Shown: one piece after another, positions 14,251-26,848 of the stretch | How positions within the stretch are numbered: position 1 is the first letter of the stretch | How the letters are laid out: every line of letters starts with the position of its first letter | Source of the DNA: Lama glama | Taxonomy: Eukaryota | Assembly: GCA_028534125.1 (NCBI GenBank) | Contig: CM052817.1 | Coordinates: 61,878,001-61,942,000, forward strand | Length of the DNA: 64,000 nt | Direction: 5' to 3' | Notes under the pieces: generated by a model | What the model was told of the DNA's origin: nothing | The model's database searches: none | What the model saw: the letters and a program-made list of their open reading frames with translations, nothing else | Translations under genes and position numbers: made by a program

Positions 14251-14393
14251 ATGCTTTTGCGAAGTTCAGGAAAATTAAATGTGGGCACCAAGAAGGAGGA
14301 TGGTGAGAGTACAGCCCCCACCCCTCGTCCAAAGATTTTGCGATGTAAGTGCCACCACCATTGTCCAGAAGACTCGGTCAACAATATTTGCAG
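14251..14393 (+). CDS. BMPR1B: BMPR1B coding exon 1 (exon begins at 14234; MLLRSSGK...EDSVNNICS)
   Basis: Acceptor ttctccttttcag|14234. ATG at 14251 with A at -3. Donor AG|gttggt after 14393. 143 coding nt. Confidence 0.98.
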
Positions 14394-15949
14394 GTTGGTC
14401 ATATACATTTTTTAAATCTCGTTTTAACAGAAAGTCATCCTTTTTGACTACAGAATTGTAGGCTGGTGTTTCCAAGAACACAGTTGGGGGATTGTGCCTA
14501 ACCCCATTAACTCAGAGCTGTGCCTGTATGTAGAAAAGGAAGGACTGAATAACATTTTGCCCTGAAATGATGTTCTGAGATTTTTGTTCCTCCAGACATC
14601 ACTTGTGCATGTGAATATAGAGCACGGATCCAAGGAGCAAGAATCAATTACTTTTTTTTTTCAAAAGATCTTGCCCCCTCCTGCCAAAATAAATGCAACA
14701 GCAGGTGGTGTCAAATGTGTGTGGGGTTTTTGTTTGTTTGTTTTAACCATTTATTATGCTGATGGTGTTAGTGCTTTGGAAAGAACACCGAAGCTGTTAG
14801 GAATATTCATAAACCGACTCTGGGAAGTGGTGTGGCCATAGAGCTCATGTGAGTCCCCCAGATGTTCAGAAAGACGTCAAAGTACTAGAGAATAAACCCC
14901 TTAGTAGATAATCATGTTTGTATAAATGCTTTCTAATGTTTGAAACTGGACTATTTGCCTCTTTCTTCCTTGTACATCTTTATGCAGCCACACCGATTTT
15001 GCTGGTCACTACCCCTGCATTTACTCCCCAGGGTGAGGACAGCGGTGGATAAAGAGGCATAGCCTCATGAGGCCAGAGTGTGCCCAGGGAGGAGTCGCTG
15101 GGTTACCCTGACATGTGTGGATCTCAGGAGTTAAAATGTCAGCAAAGCAGAGTCTCCCTGAAGGAGGGTAATACCCAAATAGATGGGCTGCTAGGTTTGA
15201 AGTCTAGGCAGAGTATCCCAGCAACCATTAGGAAGGAGCATGAAGCTGAGAGCCGAGATGAAGATGTTTTTTTTTCCATTCTGAGACTTTTTTTTAAGCT
15301 TCATATTAAGGAGAATCTAATGTAAGCTTACCAGTGTATCCTGTAATATGTATTTCAAGAAATATGTATTAACTGAGCAATGCAAGGAGGAAATTGAGAT
15401 ATATTCATAAATATGTCTCATTTAATAAGCACAGCAACTCAGCATGGTAGGGAATGCTTATTTCTTACTCTTAAATGTAAGAAATTCAGGACCCAGAGAG
15501 GTCTAGTAACTTGGCTTTTATACGACAGGACAGAGTTGCAATCTGTGAGTCTTATGCCAAGGTAAAATGATTCCAGAGCTCAGACAGTATTTCCTGGAGA
15601 ACACTACCTCTTTGTGGTAAACAGAAAAAGTATCAGGAGAATTACAAAGCTTTCTGAAGAAGGGAAAATTAGCAGGAGGAGGCATATTTAAGGAGGTATT
15701 TTACTACTTTGACTGAGTCCGTAGTAATTAAGAATAAATCTTTGCGTGCCCTTCCCTTTGAGCAATAATTCTGGTAATTATATGTTCAGGTTTTCCAAAA
15801 TTATCCCAATTTCAAATATTTTGTCCTATTTTCCCAAAGGCCATTGACATGTCCTAAGTTGATTTGGGAGAAGGTGTTCAGGCATGGTTAACCCAGTGCA
15901 CATTGTCTGTGGTGAGAAGGGGAAGCTTGGCAGGTAGGCGGAGACATGG

Positions 15950-17120
15950 GAGGACTTGAGCCTGGAGATGGGAAATATTACTGTGGTCTGAAGGGCATGC
16001 TTAAGTAGGAGTGGCAGTGGAGATTGGCATGATTTGATTTGCCTTTTTGAAAAATGTTCTCTGCTACAGAGTATTGAATGTATTAGAGGGAAACAAAGTG
16101 AATTCAAGCACAAAAGCAGCCAGGTGATAGAAACTGAAAAGTTGATTCAGGAAGGACAGTGTATGTGAGAGAAAATGATCTTGGACTGTGGTGATGTTGG
16201 TGCAGGTGAGAGTTGAATGTTTTGGAGAAGTATTTTGAAGGAAAGTTTTATGTTGATGAAATGGATATGGGAGGGGGCCAAGAGGGACTTCACCAGCTGG
16301 TGTGTGTGCATTTAGGTGCATCTCGTAGCCTCTTGATGAAAGACTACAGAGAAAAATAATCAAGTTTCAATCTGGACATGTTGAGTTTAAGGTTTCTGAC
16401 ACATCCAAATGGAGATCTCAAAGAGTAAGCAGTAGAATGGGTTTGGAGCTCAGATAAGAGGTTAGGAAGAATAAATATAGCATGAGTAGAAAATGAGTCA
16501 GTTTTTGATATGAAATAAGCAACCTCAAAATCACAGTGGCTTACAAATAAAAGCGTGTATTATTTCATTGCTGGGTTTACAGGTGGGCTGCAGCTGTGCT
16601 GGGCTTTGCTGGACTAGGTGGGCTTGGCTTTAGGCTACTGCTTGGGTTCAGACCTGCTCCTAATGTTTCTCATTCTTCTTGGACCGGCAGCTGCTCATAT
16701 GAGTTTGAGGGAGCAACCTCTTGCAGCTTCTACTTGTGTCCTGTCCTCTAACATTGTATTTACCAAAACTAGGGACATCCTCAAGCCCAAAGCCAGAGGT
16801 AAGCCATGTTTAGGATGTGGCCTGAACACTCGAGAACAACAGTAGACCAATCCAATCTACCAGAGTAGGACTGGGCCTGGAGACATGTGATGTTTGAGTA
16901 AAGCGGGCTCTCCCCAGGAGACTGGGAATTAGCAGCAAAGCAGTGAAGGTGGTGTCATCGAAGCCAGGTTTCCAGAGGGAGGAAGTAAGGTCAACCATAT
17001 TAGATGTTATTAGGAGAAGGACTGAGACGAACAGTGAGATTTATTGACCTTGATAACTGCAGTTTAGAAATAGTTAATGTGGAAGGAGATAGGGAAGCCA
17101 GATTGGAATGGTTTGTGAAT
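15950..17120 (-). mobile_element. LINE-2 remnant split by a MaLR LTR
   Basis: L2-like motifs ggcatgatttgatttgcctttttgaaaaatgttctctg and tggacatgttgagtttaagg...catccaaatggagat; L2-like sequence resumes after ~16860. Confidence 0.65.
16493..16860. mobile_element. MLT1-type (ERVL-MaLR) solo LTR
   Basis: aacctcaaaatcacagtggcttacaaataaaagc and gggttcagacctgctcc...tctcattctt motifs typical of old MLT1 LTRs. Confidence 0.6.
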
Positions 17121-20100
17121 TATGTGGTTTCCAGCCTTTGACTTCTGATAGCAAAGAAAAATGAAACAGAAATAGCAATCGGTAGCAATGGAGCTCCTCC
17201 AAAAAAAGTGAGTATACTGTGATAGTCAGCGTGCCTCAGTTAACACCTAGAAGTCAACAGAAGACTAATACAGAGCTTTTATACTACCAGCACGTTTACT
17301 TCCACCTAGCTCTGATCATCACAGCATTCCTCTACAGAACATAGCATTATCTGTTTTCCAGGTGAGAAATCTGAGACCCTGAGAGGTTAAGTAATTTTCA
17401 CTAGGTCACTCATTTTTCATGCGCAAATGACTGAAAAAAAAATTGTGGCCAAGTTTCCAAAGTCCTGAATTTTTGACCAGAAGCTAACTCTTGGCAATCA
17501 AAGGAGCAGAAATATTCACTCTTACGTAAAATGCACATCCATTTTGCTAAGGAGTTGTTGGCTCCAGTTGAATCTGAGAGTTGAGATCAATCATGTCTGA
17601 ATCACAGGACCTACTTTTGTTCCTGTGCCCTAAGACCTAAAACAGATCAGGCCTTTCTGCCTCCATTCCTGTGAGCCCTCCGAGTCAGTCCTTCTCACGC
17701 TGTCTCTCGTCAAAGCCTTCCCCCTCAGTAAGCTGTGCTCTGGTACGCTCTAAAGTACAGTCAAAATGAGTTACTGGAAAAGTTAATTTAAAAATAATTG
17801 CAAATTGTCTGCTGTGTTTTTCTCTTATCTATTAATTAGATTCAACAGAGCTAAATTTATTGCTGTACAAGTTTCAATTTCTATATTAATGTACTCACAG
17901 ACCAGTAACAAGTGGTTTGCAAGGGAACAAGCACACTTTGAGAAATGTCACACTAAATCTTGCACTCACAGGTAAAACAATTCTAAGACAAGGTGTGCTT
18001 GCTTGAGACGTACATAACGGCTGGTCAAAGCTATCTGCCCTGAGGCCTTGTACCAGGCAGATCTTAGCCAAGCTGGGTGCTCCAGGATGGTCTCATGCTC
18101 ATTACCATTTCCATGTGCCTGCAGAGAATAATCCAAAAAGTGGCCCAAATCAAAAGCGCATCATACTTAGAAGAGATTCTGAAATCCCACATGATAATTC
18201 AGTGCATGTGCAAAGTATAGAGGGTTTTTTTTTTTAACTCTTCATAAGTACCATCAATCACTTTACCAGCCAACGCCAAGGCCAAAGTCATTCTTGGCCT
18301 TGATTCCTATCAGGTATAGTGTGTCTGCTTCCAAAATTTATGCCATTTACGTTGCCTAATGGCATGCGAGTTAGAGGATGTAGTGCAAATATATCATGCT
18401 GAGTACAGTATTAGAACCATTTTTTAATACCCATAATTCAAAGCCTGGGTGAAACCAGTGTCCTGTCTCCCTCAATATAACATCTGTCTTCTGAATACCT
18501 TTCCAGGTATTACACTGCGTTGTTTATCCTTCTTACTCCATTTCCACATTCTATTCCTGGGACCTCAGACTGTCACTACATGCCTTGAACACAGCAAAGT
18601 CTCCTTAATTAACTCTTTTTATATGACTTTCACCATGCCGGTGTTCTGTCTGATTTTCCTGTCCCAGCAGGCATGATCTCGGCCCTGTTTATTTTTTTCT
18701 CTGTATAATCTGGTCCCGCTTCATGTGTCCTCCCTTGTTTTTCTTGACATGATCTGTGATAGTCATTTATGTCCCTCTCTTGCCACATCCCTCGAGTTCT
18801 TCTGCTCTCTCACACAAGTCTATCCAGTTCTAAAAAAATTATTTTTTTCACTCTTTTTCAAGGTAATTTAAAATATTTCCTCATTTATCTTACTGGATTC
18901 TGACCAAAAATTCTATCTGGGCAGTTTTCACAGTTTATAGGTATAATAAATCACATCGGATGTTTGCACAAAGGCTGTGCAAACGACACCAGGCTGCCTA
19001 AAGGAGGAATGAGATAAGTCTCCACTGTATCTGGAAGAGAGAGAGGGCCGAAGGGAAAGCTTAGGGGCTTAATAGAAAGTAAACAGTGTAGGGCTCATTA
19101 CAGTCATACATAGAGAACCATTGAAGACTTTTGAGCAGGGTGGAAACTGTAAGGTTTATCAGGCAGTGCTGTACAGAGCCCTTATACAAAGTTTGTATTA
19201 ACCCAGAGCTTCTAAACTCTTGCAGAATGTGGTGGTGTGAGTTTTCAGAGAGGTGCTCCTGACCCAGGTCTCAGAATGTTTAAAGTGTGCCTTGTTCTCA
19301 TTCGTGTGTACATCTTCCATTCATCCAGTTCATTTTACTGAGCTTTATGACCTTTTTTTTCCCAGTAGAAGATGTTGAATTAAAACCATTTCACTTACGA
19401 GAATGGCAAGCCCTTCTTCAGAACTTATAATTTAGTTGCAAGAGGACATAGTTTCAAATTCACTCATGAAGTATCTTCTAAGGAATAACTCTACTTTCAT
19501 GCCCCTCAGTCATAAATGAGACTTAAATGGGCCCATTTGTTGTTGGACTTAATAGAAAGTGAGGTGCAGGGCTCTTTACAATTACACATAGGCACCACTG
19601 AAGATACTTGAGCTGGAAGGAAGACGTCAGATTTCTTGGGCAGTGCTGTACGGAATGGGTCGGTCTAGAGAGGAGTGGGGGCGGCCTGCCAGAAGGACTT
19701 CAGGGCAGTCTCGGTGAGAGGAAGGGAGAGTCTGCACAGGGTGGTGGGGGTGAGAATATGCAGATGATTGTTTAATATAGAAATTGAGACAAATTCAAAA
19801 ACTCTTGGACCTCAAAGGAGAAAAGGGAACAAAACGCTAAACCACTTGGCATGGCTTCCAGGGAAGAATGTATGATAGCTAGACTTCCCTGAGGAGGGAG
19901 TAACAAGGCCTGTGTCACACTGCAACTTTATCATTAGGGCCGTGACTCTCAGAGGAAAGGCCGGAGAGAGGGAGCAGTGACAGTCTTATCTGTCTGACCC
20001 TCTTCCTCTACCTCTTGGGAATCCACCCACCTAAGAAGATAAAGGAGAATGTATATAAACCTTAGGATTCTGTTACTCTAGGAATTAAAATTTTTTTTGA

Positions 20101-21469
20101 AAATTAAATAGAAATTTAATAGAACTTGGCTCAACATTCTTCTCTGCTTTTTTCCCATCAGTAGAAATTCGGACTTGGTTAGCTGATGCTTTCTGTCCCT
20201 ACTGCGTGAAGTTGAATGACTTCGTCTTTCCTAGGATTGATGGCCTTTAGGGACTTTGAGCTCATCAAAAGCAAAGGCTGCATCGTCCTCACCCTTGCTT
20301 CTCAGCTCGTAACTCTATCTGAGGCATAATGTGCTTCATAAATGCAGAATTAACTACTGTTAGCAAAGCTCTAAGCAGCTTTCAGCTCTTTTAGTTAACT
20401 GACTAAGATCTACATGATTTAAATAGCAAGTCTAGAAGTTGTGTGTATCTTTGAGTTTCCCTGTGACAGAAAACATTGAAAACTTTGTTAACTCCCTTCA
20501 GTGGGAAATAGATATTTTAGAAGACAATGTTCTCAAGGACCTATTTACAACTGACCTAAAACAAGCAGCCTTTTCAAATAGATTCTGAGTGACACTTAAA
20601 TTTGAAAGAAATTTAAGAATTCTAGAGTTTCTCACATACTGAAAAAAAAATGGAATACATAATTCAATTCATTTTGTTTGGAATAAATAAATGATCAGTA
20701 TAGAGGGCTATTAATCCCTGTGAGCAGATGCACTTGAGCAAAGAATCCATTTATATAATCAGTTTTTGTCAAGAGCAGAATTTTAAACTATTTAATAATT
20801 AAATAATAATTTTTGAGTTACTTAATAACTGTAAAGTTATTTTAATAATGCTTTAAAATTTCCTATCACCTGGGTTGAACAGAGCAGATACACTTTTTAT
20901 TTTAAAAGTATTAATACTTTAAAAATCATTTTATAGTTAAATTAATCTTTATAAAGATCTAAACCATTAAAAGAAAACTTCTACAATAGTCCCTTCTCAA
21001 CTACGGTAGTTACCCTGGGATTTACAATAAAGAAACGTGAGATCTTAGTGGAAGAACAGAGGTAAAAGAACCGAGACTTGGATAAACCTTATACACACTG
21101 TACTCACTAAAATAAAGCAATAAATAAAGCCCCTTCAGTAAAGATGCTGTCAGAGCAATTTTAGACATACTATGAAATTGGTTTCTAACCATTCCATAAG
21201 AACTGGTGAGTGAGTTAAGGTCCAGAAGGCCATTTTTAAATCCATTTGACCCAGATGAAGCAAAGCTTTCGATTTCTGGATACACACCCATCTGAAGAGT
21301 ATCATTTGGTCCCTCAAAACATTACAGTAGGTAAATCTCTTTCTGAAAATCTTTTGAAGTAGTTTGTCCCCTGATCATCTTGGTATGCAACTGTTCTGTC
21401 TTGTCAATTTTTTTTTTTAACCTATAAGACAGGGCAGCATTTTTGGAATGTTACGTCAATTGTCTTCTT

Positions 21470-21680
21470 CTTTTAATTGAAGTATAGTTGATTAACAATG
21501 TTACGTTAGTTTTAGGTGTATGGCATAATGGTCCAGTATTTTTTAGATCATACTCCATTTAAAGTAATTATAAAATAATGGCTGCATCCCCCTGAGCTGT
21601 GCTGTGTATCCTTAGTAGCTTATTTTATATGGTAGTTTGTACCTCTTGGTCCCCCATCCCTGTCTTGCCTCTCCCCCCCT
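21470..21680 (-). mobile_element. LINE-1 3'-end fragment
   Basis: ttaattgaagtatagttgattaacaatgttacgttagttttaggtgta is the antisense L1 3' terminus. Confidence 0.75.
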
Positions 21681-21822
21681 TGTCAGTTGTCTTCTTTTAA
21701 AATTCATAATCATTATTGTAATCAAATTCATCCTACATTCATGTATACGTCTCAATGCTTTCAATTTTGTTGACAATTATTTCACTTTTTGTTTCCTTTA
21801 CGATTCTTCATCTCTTCTTGTT

Positions 21823-22064
21823 ATCACTGCCAACACTCTGGGAATGAGGGGGTAATAATCTATATAAAACATTGAAAACCTAAGTTTAAATAGGGTAACC
21901 AGCTGCAGAATGCTCAAATGAGAGTTAAATGCCTGTTGTGACATCACTGCCAACACTCTGGGAATGAGGGGGTAATAATCTATATAAAACATTGAAAACC
22001 TAAGTTTAAATAGGGTAACCAGCTGCAGAATGCTCAAATGAGAGTTAAATGCCTGTTGTGACAT
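21823..22064. repeat. Perfect 120-bp direct tandem duplication
   Basis: 21823-21944 is identical to 21943-22064 (period 120, 2-bp AT overlap at the junction). Also visible as a repeated peptide in ORF 21798..22064. Confidence 0.97.
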
Positions 22065-22406
22065 TCAGCAGTCGCCTTCGGTGGTGGGTGACATTGATCA
22101 GCTTTGACTCCAGAGAGCACTTATGTTTACGTTTGTGCTTGCTTGAGAGTTGAAAGTTCTAAGTGATTCTTAAACGTCTATAATTGTACTGCTGATTTCC
22201 AGTTAATGTCCCTTACTAGCTAGCAATTTCAATAAGAAGCTTGTAAATTATTTTTGCTTTGTTGTAGATAATATGTACTTGAAACAGTTCTCTCACCTCC
22301 TTGCTTGTCCTCCAGCTATTTGAGTTCCCATCTGAATTGATGCCTTAGGGACACCAACTCTTTTCTCCAGGGTCTCTCTCCCTCTCTATCCCCTCTTTTT
22401 CATAAT

Positions 22407-22530
22407 TCTTTTTGTATTGAAGTAACATTGGTTTATAACATTATGTAAGTTTCATGTGTACAACGTTTTATTTCTATTTCTGTATACACTACAGCGTGCT
22501 CTCCACCAAAATTTTTATTTCCATCTCTTT
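22407..22530 (-). mobile_element. LINE-1 3'-end fragment
   Basis: tattgaagtaacattggtttataacattatgtaagtttcatgtgtacaac. Confidence 0.7.
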
Positions 22531-23639
22531 ATATTTTTAGCTTCCCCCTCTTCTCAGACAAGGGAGTGTGTTTTGAAAACTTGAATTTACTCTCCATGAT
22601 GTGATGTTTCTTTACATGTCCTGGGGCATTGTAACAGTTAACACGCCAACAGTTTTACCAGCTTTTTCTCTTCTCTTTTTTGATTCTTATAAGTTACCTA
22701 AAAATACATCTTTGTATACTCATATTTTGAGTAGGGAGACCTCATGATTAAGGAAAAATTAGTCTTTTTAGATTTAACACATTGTATCTAACTTTTCTTG
22801 CTGTTCTGTGATTTTCTAATGTCAGAAACTTAAAATGACTTCATTTCTAATGCCTGAATTTTACTTTTGTTGAGAAAGATGTTACACGTGTAGTCTAACT
22901 GTGTAGGAAAGCAATAAAAAAATCACTTGAGTATAGTTTGCTTATATTGTTTAAAGTAGATTTCTAAGGACAGCTCTTTTATTGTTTTCAGTGTTTACAT
23001 GCCTTAGATTTTTCATAGCAATTTCAGTAAATTGGCTAAAAAAGCCCCAGAGATTTCAGAGCCAGGGCTGTTCAGCTGCGTTTTTCTTCTACAACCATAT
23101 TCATGCATTTGACCTTCATCTAACAAAGAGATTCATCATTGCCCCTCCCTAGCCACTGATTAGTATGTTTGATCTTGACTGTGCTGGTTCTTGTAAAGCG
23201 AGGTGTTTTGGATCACTTGAGGCTTATAAAGCCAGTAAACAATTCTGAAGGTGTTGATGATAACTGAAGGGCTAATGTATGGCAGAACGCTGCTGCCGCT
23301 TATACAGAACACACACGCACATCATGGCTAGTGCCGTGCTCGGAGCTCTCTTCCTCGGACCTCTCAGGACTAGGTTGTTACATCTGTCTTCGACGCTGAG
23401 TATGCATCTGTATGAGAAAATGATGGAGATCTAGTTTAACAGTTTATTTCTTAGCACATGGCAGTAGTGGTTTGTGACTCATATTGGGAGTTGGCTGGCA
23501 TTCCTCACCTGAGCTTGTGAAGACAGTCATGTCTGTTTATAAATAGTTCTATATACAATAGTCCCTGGTTTTCCTTTTTAATCCCTGGAGGGGCTTTTGG
23601 AAAACCTGTGGGAATGAAGCAAGAAGTCCTTGCTTGATT

Positions 23640-23800
23640 CAAGGCTTGATTCTGTAGCTGCTTGTTTTATGACCTTGTACCAGTTTGTTAGATTCACCCA
23701 ACTTTAATTTACCCATCTCTAAAAACAGAAATATTACATCTCATGGTTGTTGAGAGAATTAAATGAGATGGAGTAAATGAGATGGAGTAAATGAAAGTTC
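23640..23800 (+). mobile_element. MIR SINE with an internal 14-bp tandem duplication (taaatgagatggag x2.5, 23760-23794)
   Basis: MIR 3' part catggttgttgagagaattaaatgag; the duplicated unit is read directly. Confidence 0.6.
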
Positions 23801-24474
23801 CTTTTCACGCAGAAAACCAGACAGATTAAAAGTACTGTTTCTTTGACTCACATGACTGTGTTAAAAGCCCTCCTTTCTGTCATCCAGCCTTACGCCACAC
23901 CCAGCTTAAGGCTGGGCTAGTTACCACAAAGCCTGGTGTCCTCAGACGCCAGCCCGGAAACAGGCTACCGCATGGCAGTGTCACAGTCACCTTGCTTAGG
24001 CTGTGCTCATCCCAACTCCTACCCCCCTTAGTCTGTGTGCCTTAGTGAGAGGGACGCTTACGCCACCAGCTCCAAGCAAGGAGAACCAGCATAAACAGTC
24101 ACCTGCACGGGTTCACACTCCTGCTTGGCCTCTCATGGGCTGGAAGGCCTTTGAGAAATTACCCAAGGTCTCCGAGCCTCAGTTTCCTCATCCAGGAGGT
24201 AAGCATGCTGCTGCCTTCCTCTTTGGAGGTGATACCTGTGAAGGGCCAGAGTATTTAGTGTTTGGCATATATGGTTATTATGGAAATTTTGGATCCTTCT
24301 TTCTCTGAAATTTCTGAACAGAGAGGATATAACCAGATATTTTATGATAATTCAATCAACTTTCATAAAAGGAAGTTTTGGGATTCTTTAAACAGATTGT
24401 AACCTGTAATGATCATTGACTTTCTTGTTTGCCATGAAACAAGTGATAAACGTCTTCATTTCCTTTTACTCTGG

Positions 24475-24496
24475 ACACACACAAACACACACACAC
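24475..24496. repeat. Interrupted (CA)n microsatellite next to the exon 2 branch point
   Basis: acacacacaaacacacacacac immediately followed by ttac (CTTAC, yTnAy) and the acceptor. Confidence 0.85.
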
Positions 24497-24520
24497 TTAC
24501 TCTGCCTGTTTGGTCTTCAG

Positions 24521-24623
24521 CACAGATGGATACTGTTTCACAATGATAGAAGAAGATGATTCTGGGATGCCCGTGGTCACTTCGGGATGTCTGGGACTAG
24601 AAGGCTCAGATTTTCAGTGTCGG
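24521..24623 (+). CDS. BMPR1B: BMPR1B coding exon 2 (extracellular domain [34 protein letters not shown])
   Basis: tggtcttcag| acceptor, CGG|gtaagg donor, 103 nt, phase matches flanking exons. Confidence 0.98.
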
Positions 24624-25116
24624 GTAAGGAAGAGAACTTGATTCTACTTTGTAACCTTTCATTGGCTAGATTTCAGAATGCCAAGTTTCAAACAAGGTAA
24701 AACAATTGTGGTTTTTTGTGTTTGTTTGTTTTGACTAGCCTGTTTTTTTAATAATTTGGAAAATAATTTGAAAATTCTCATTGGGCCAATACTGCCTTCA
24801 TTTTGAAATCAAGTATTCTTTTTTTCACTTTTGCTGTTAACTTCTGGTTTAGTGACTCATTTGATCATCTTGCTCAAATTCCAGCTTAGCTAACTGTGTT
24901 AACTAAAGAAGCCAAGCCTTCTTCTTCAGTTGACACTGTAAACACTGGTTATTACAAATACAGTAGTAATTTTGTTGAAATGCAGAAGTTGCAGTAAGAT
25001 AATATATGATAATTTGAAAGAAATTACCTAGTAAACATTTCCAACATGTTTGAATAAAATTATCAGAATTTTAAGTGAGTTCTCTAAATAGTATTAATTT
25101 CTAAAGTTTTAGATAA

Positions 25117-25311
<195 letters not shown>

Positions 25312-26419
25312 TAGACATAAAGAAAATAAAAACTTAAATTATTTTCTTTTCTAAATGCATCTATCTGTACCATTTTCCACTGCTGGGGCAGAGGACTGAG
25401 GCAGGATGACACAACACAACTGTCATTCAAAGACATGTGCAAGGAGTTCTTGGCGAAGGAGTCACACATGACTTCACGCTTAAGAGTCTTATTTCTGTAA
25501 CCTCACCTCACTTCCTTTGGAAAACTGCAGTGTCCAGAACTTGTAGTGTGTTTGAGGAGGGAGAGATAGTGTTTTGTTTGCCCCTAAAAGTTATTCAGAA
25601 GTTGCATTTCATTCAAAAACTGCTACTTGGCTACATTCATTGTAAAAATAAGGACCTTATAAAGGACTAAATCAGATTATTTGCTGGATGGCATTTCCTT
25701 TTATACATGCTAGAGAAACTACGTTTTAGTCAAATTACGTATCACATGTGGATAAAATGGAGAAAATACCTAGAAAATTAAATTCTAAGGCTTACATATT
25801 TAGTGTTGGTCATTAAGAAAGATAAATATTGCATCCCAAAGACTTTTGGTTAAAAACAGCTCCCATGTTTCTTTTCTTCTTGTTCTCACCACAAAATAGT
25901 TTGTAATTGTCATACAGTCCTGGGTCTTATATAAGTAGCCTAAAATGATTCTTTATGATTGATTTTTTTATTTCTTGAGAAGATAAAATCTTCCCAACAA
26001 AGTACAATGACATTTCAAGGTTTCAATGATAATATTTTATAACATTTGTTCCTACTATAGCCTAGAGAACTCTGTAAGATTGATTCCTAATTAGCCACAT
26101 CAAAAATTCAGTTTCTAAAATTTTGCCAGTCAACATGCTAGGTGGTAGGGATACAGAAATGCGTAAAGAAAGTCCTTGCTCTCACGATTTGCACTCTGGC
26201 ATATGAGAGAGAAACATGTAAATAACTCAGTTATATTTGGACCCTCTCAATAGTAGAGTTAGATTATGAGGTACATTAAGGACACAAAAGAGTGAGTGGC
26301 TCATTTTGGGATGGGAGGATGCCAGAATAGCTTCCTGGTAGTGATGCTTAATAAGACTTCAAGGAGGAATAGAAGTTTGCTAAAATGGATAGGACAGGGA
26401 TAAGAAATTAAAAAATTAA

Positions 26420-26600
26420 AATGGCTTACATAAGCCAAGCATTATGCTTAGTATTACATTAATTAATTCAGCTTCACAGCAATACAGTGAGGTACTTAGG
26501 ATTATTATTCCCCATTGAAAGAGGAGGAAATTGCAGCACAGAGAGGTTAATTATCTTTCCCAAGGTTGCACAGCCTGTGAGTAGCCATGACTCTAAACAG
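26420..26600 (-). mobile_element. MIR SINE
   Basis: attattattccccattgaaagaggaggaaattgcagcacagagaggttaattatctttcccaaggttgcacagc. Confidence 0.75.
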
Positions 26601-26689
26601 AGGCAACAGTATGTGCTGCGGTTTGGTTTGAAATATTTGAGCAACATCTGCAAAATCCAGGCACAGGAAACGGCCTGGCTGGTTGGAGA

Positions 26690-26848
26690 AAGTCATTCTT
26701 CAAAGGGGGCCGTGGATCAGCCGCCTCAGTACCACTTGGAGCTCCTTAGAAATACAGACTCTCAGGCCCCACCCCAGACTACTGAACATGCATTTTTAAC
26801 AAGGTTCCCAAAGTGATTTATATGCGTATGGAAGTTTGGGCAACACTT
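26690..26848. mobile_element. MER5B-like DNA transposon
   Basis: ttagaaatacagactctcaggccccaccccagactactgaa...tttaacaaggttccc. Confidence 0.7.

Noticed and set aside
18962..18984. Hairpin GTTTGCACA-aaggc-TGTGCAAAC and similar short palindromes (e.g. ~9038-9060)
   Set aside because: Stems of 8-9 bp are expected occasionally in 64 kb and are too short for a pre-miRNA; no supporting context.
21798..22064. 88-aa ORF with an internal 40-aa repeat
   Set aside because: A by-product of the 120-bp (multiple of 3) DNA duplication on the antisense strand; no coding evidence.
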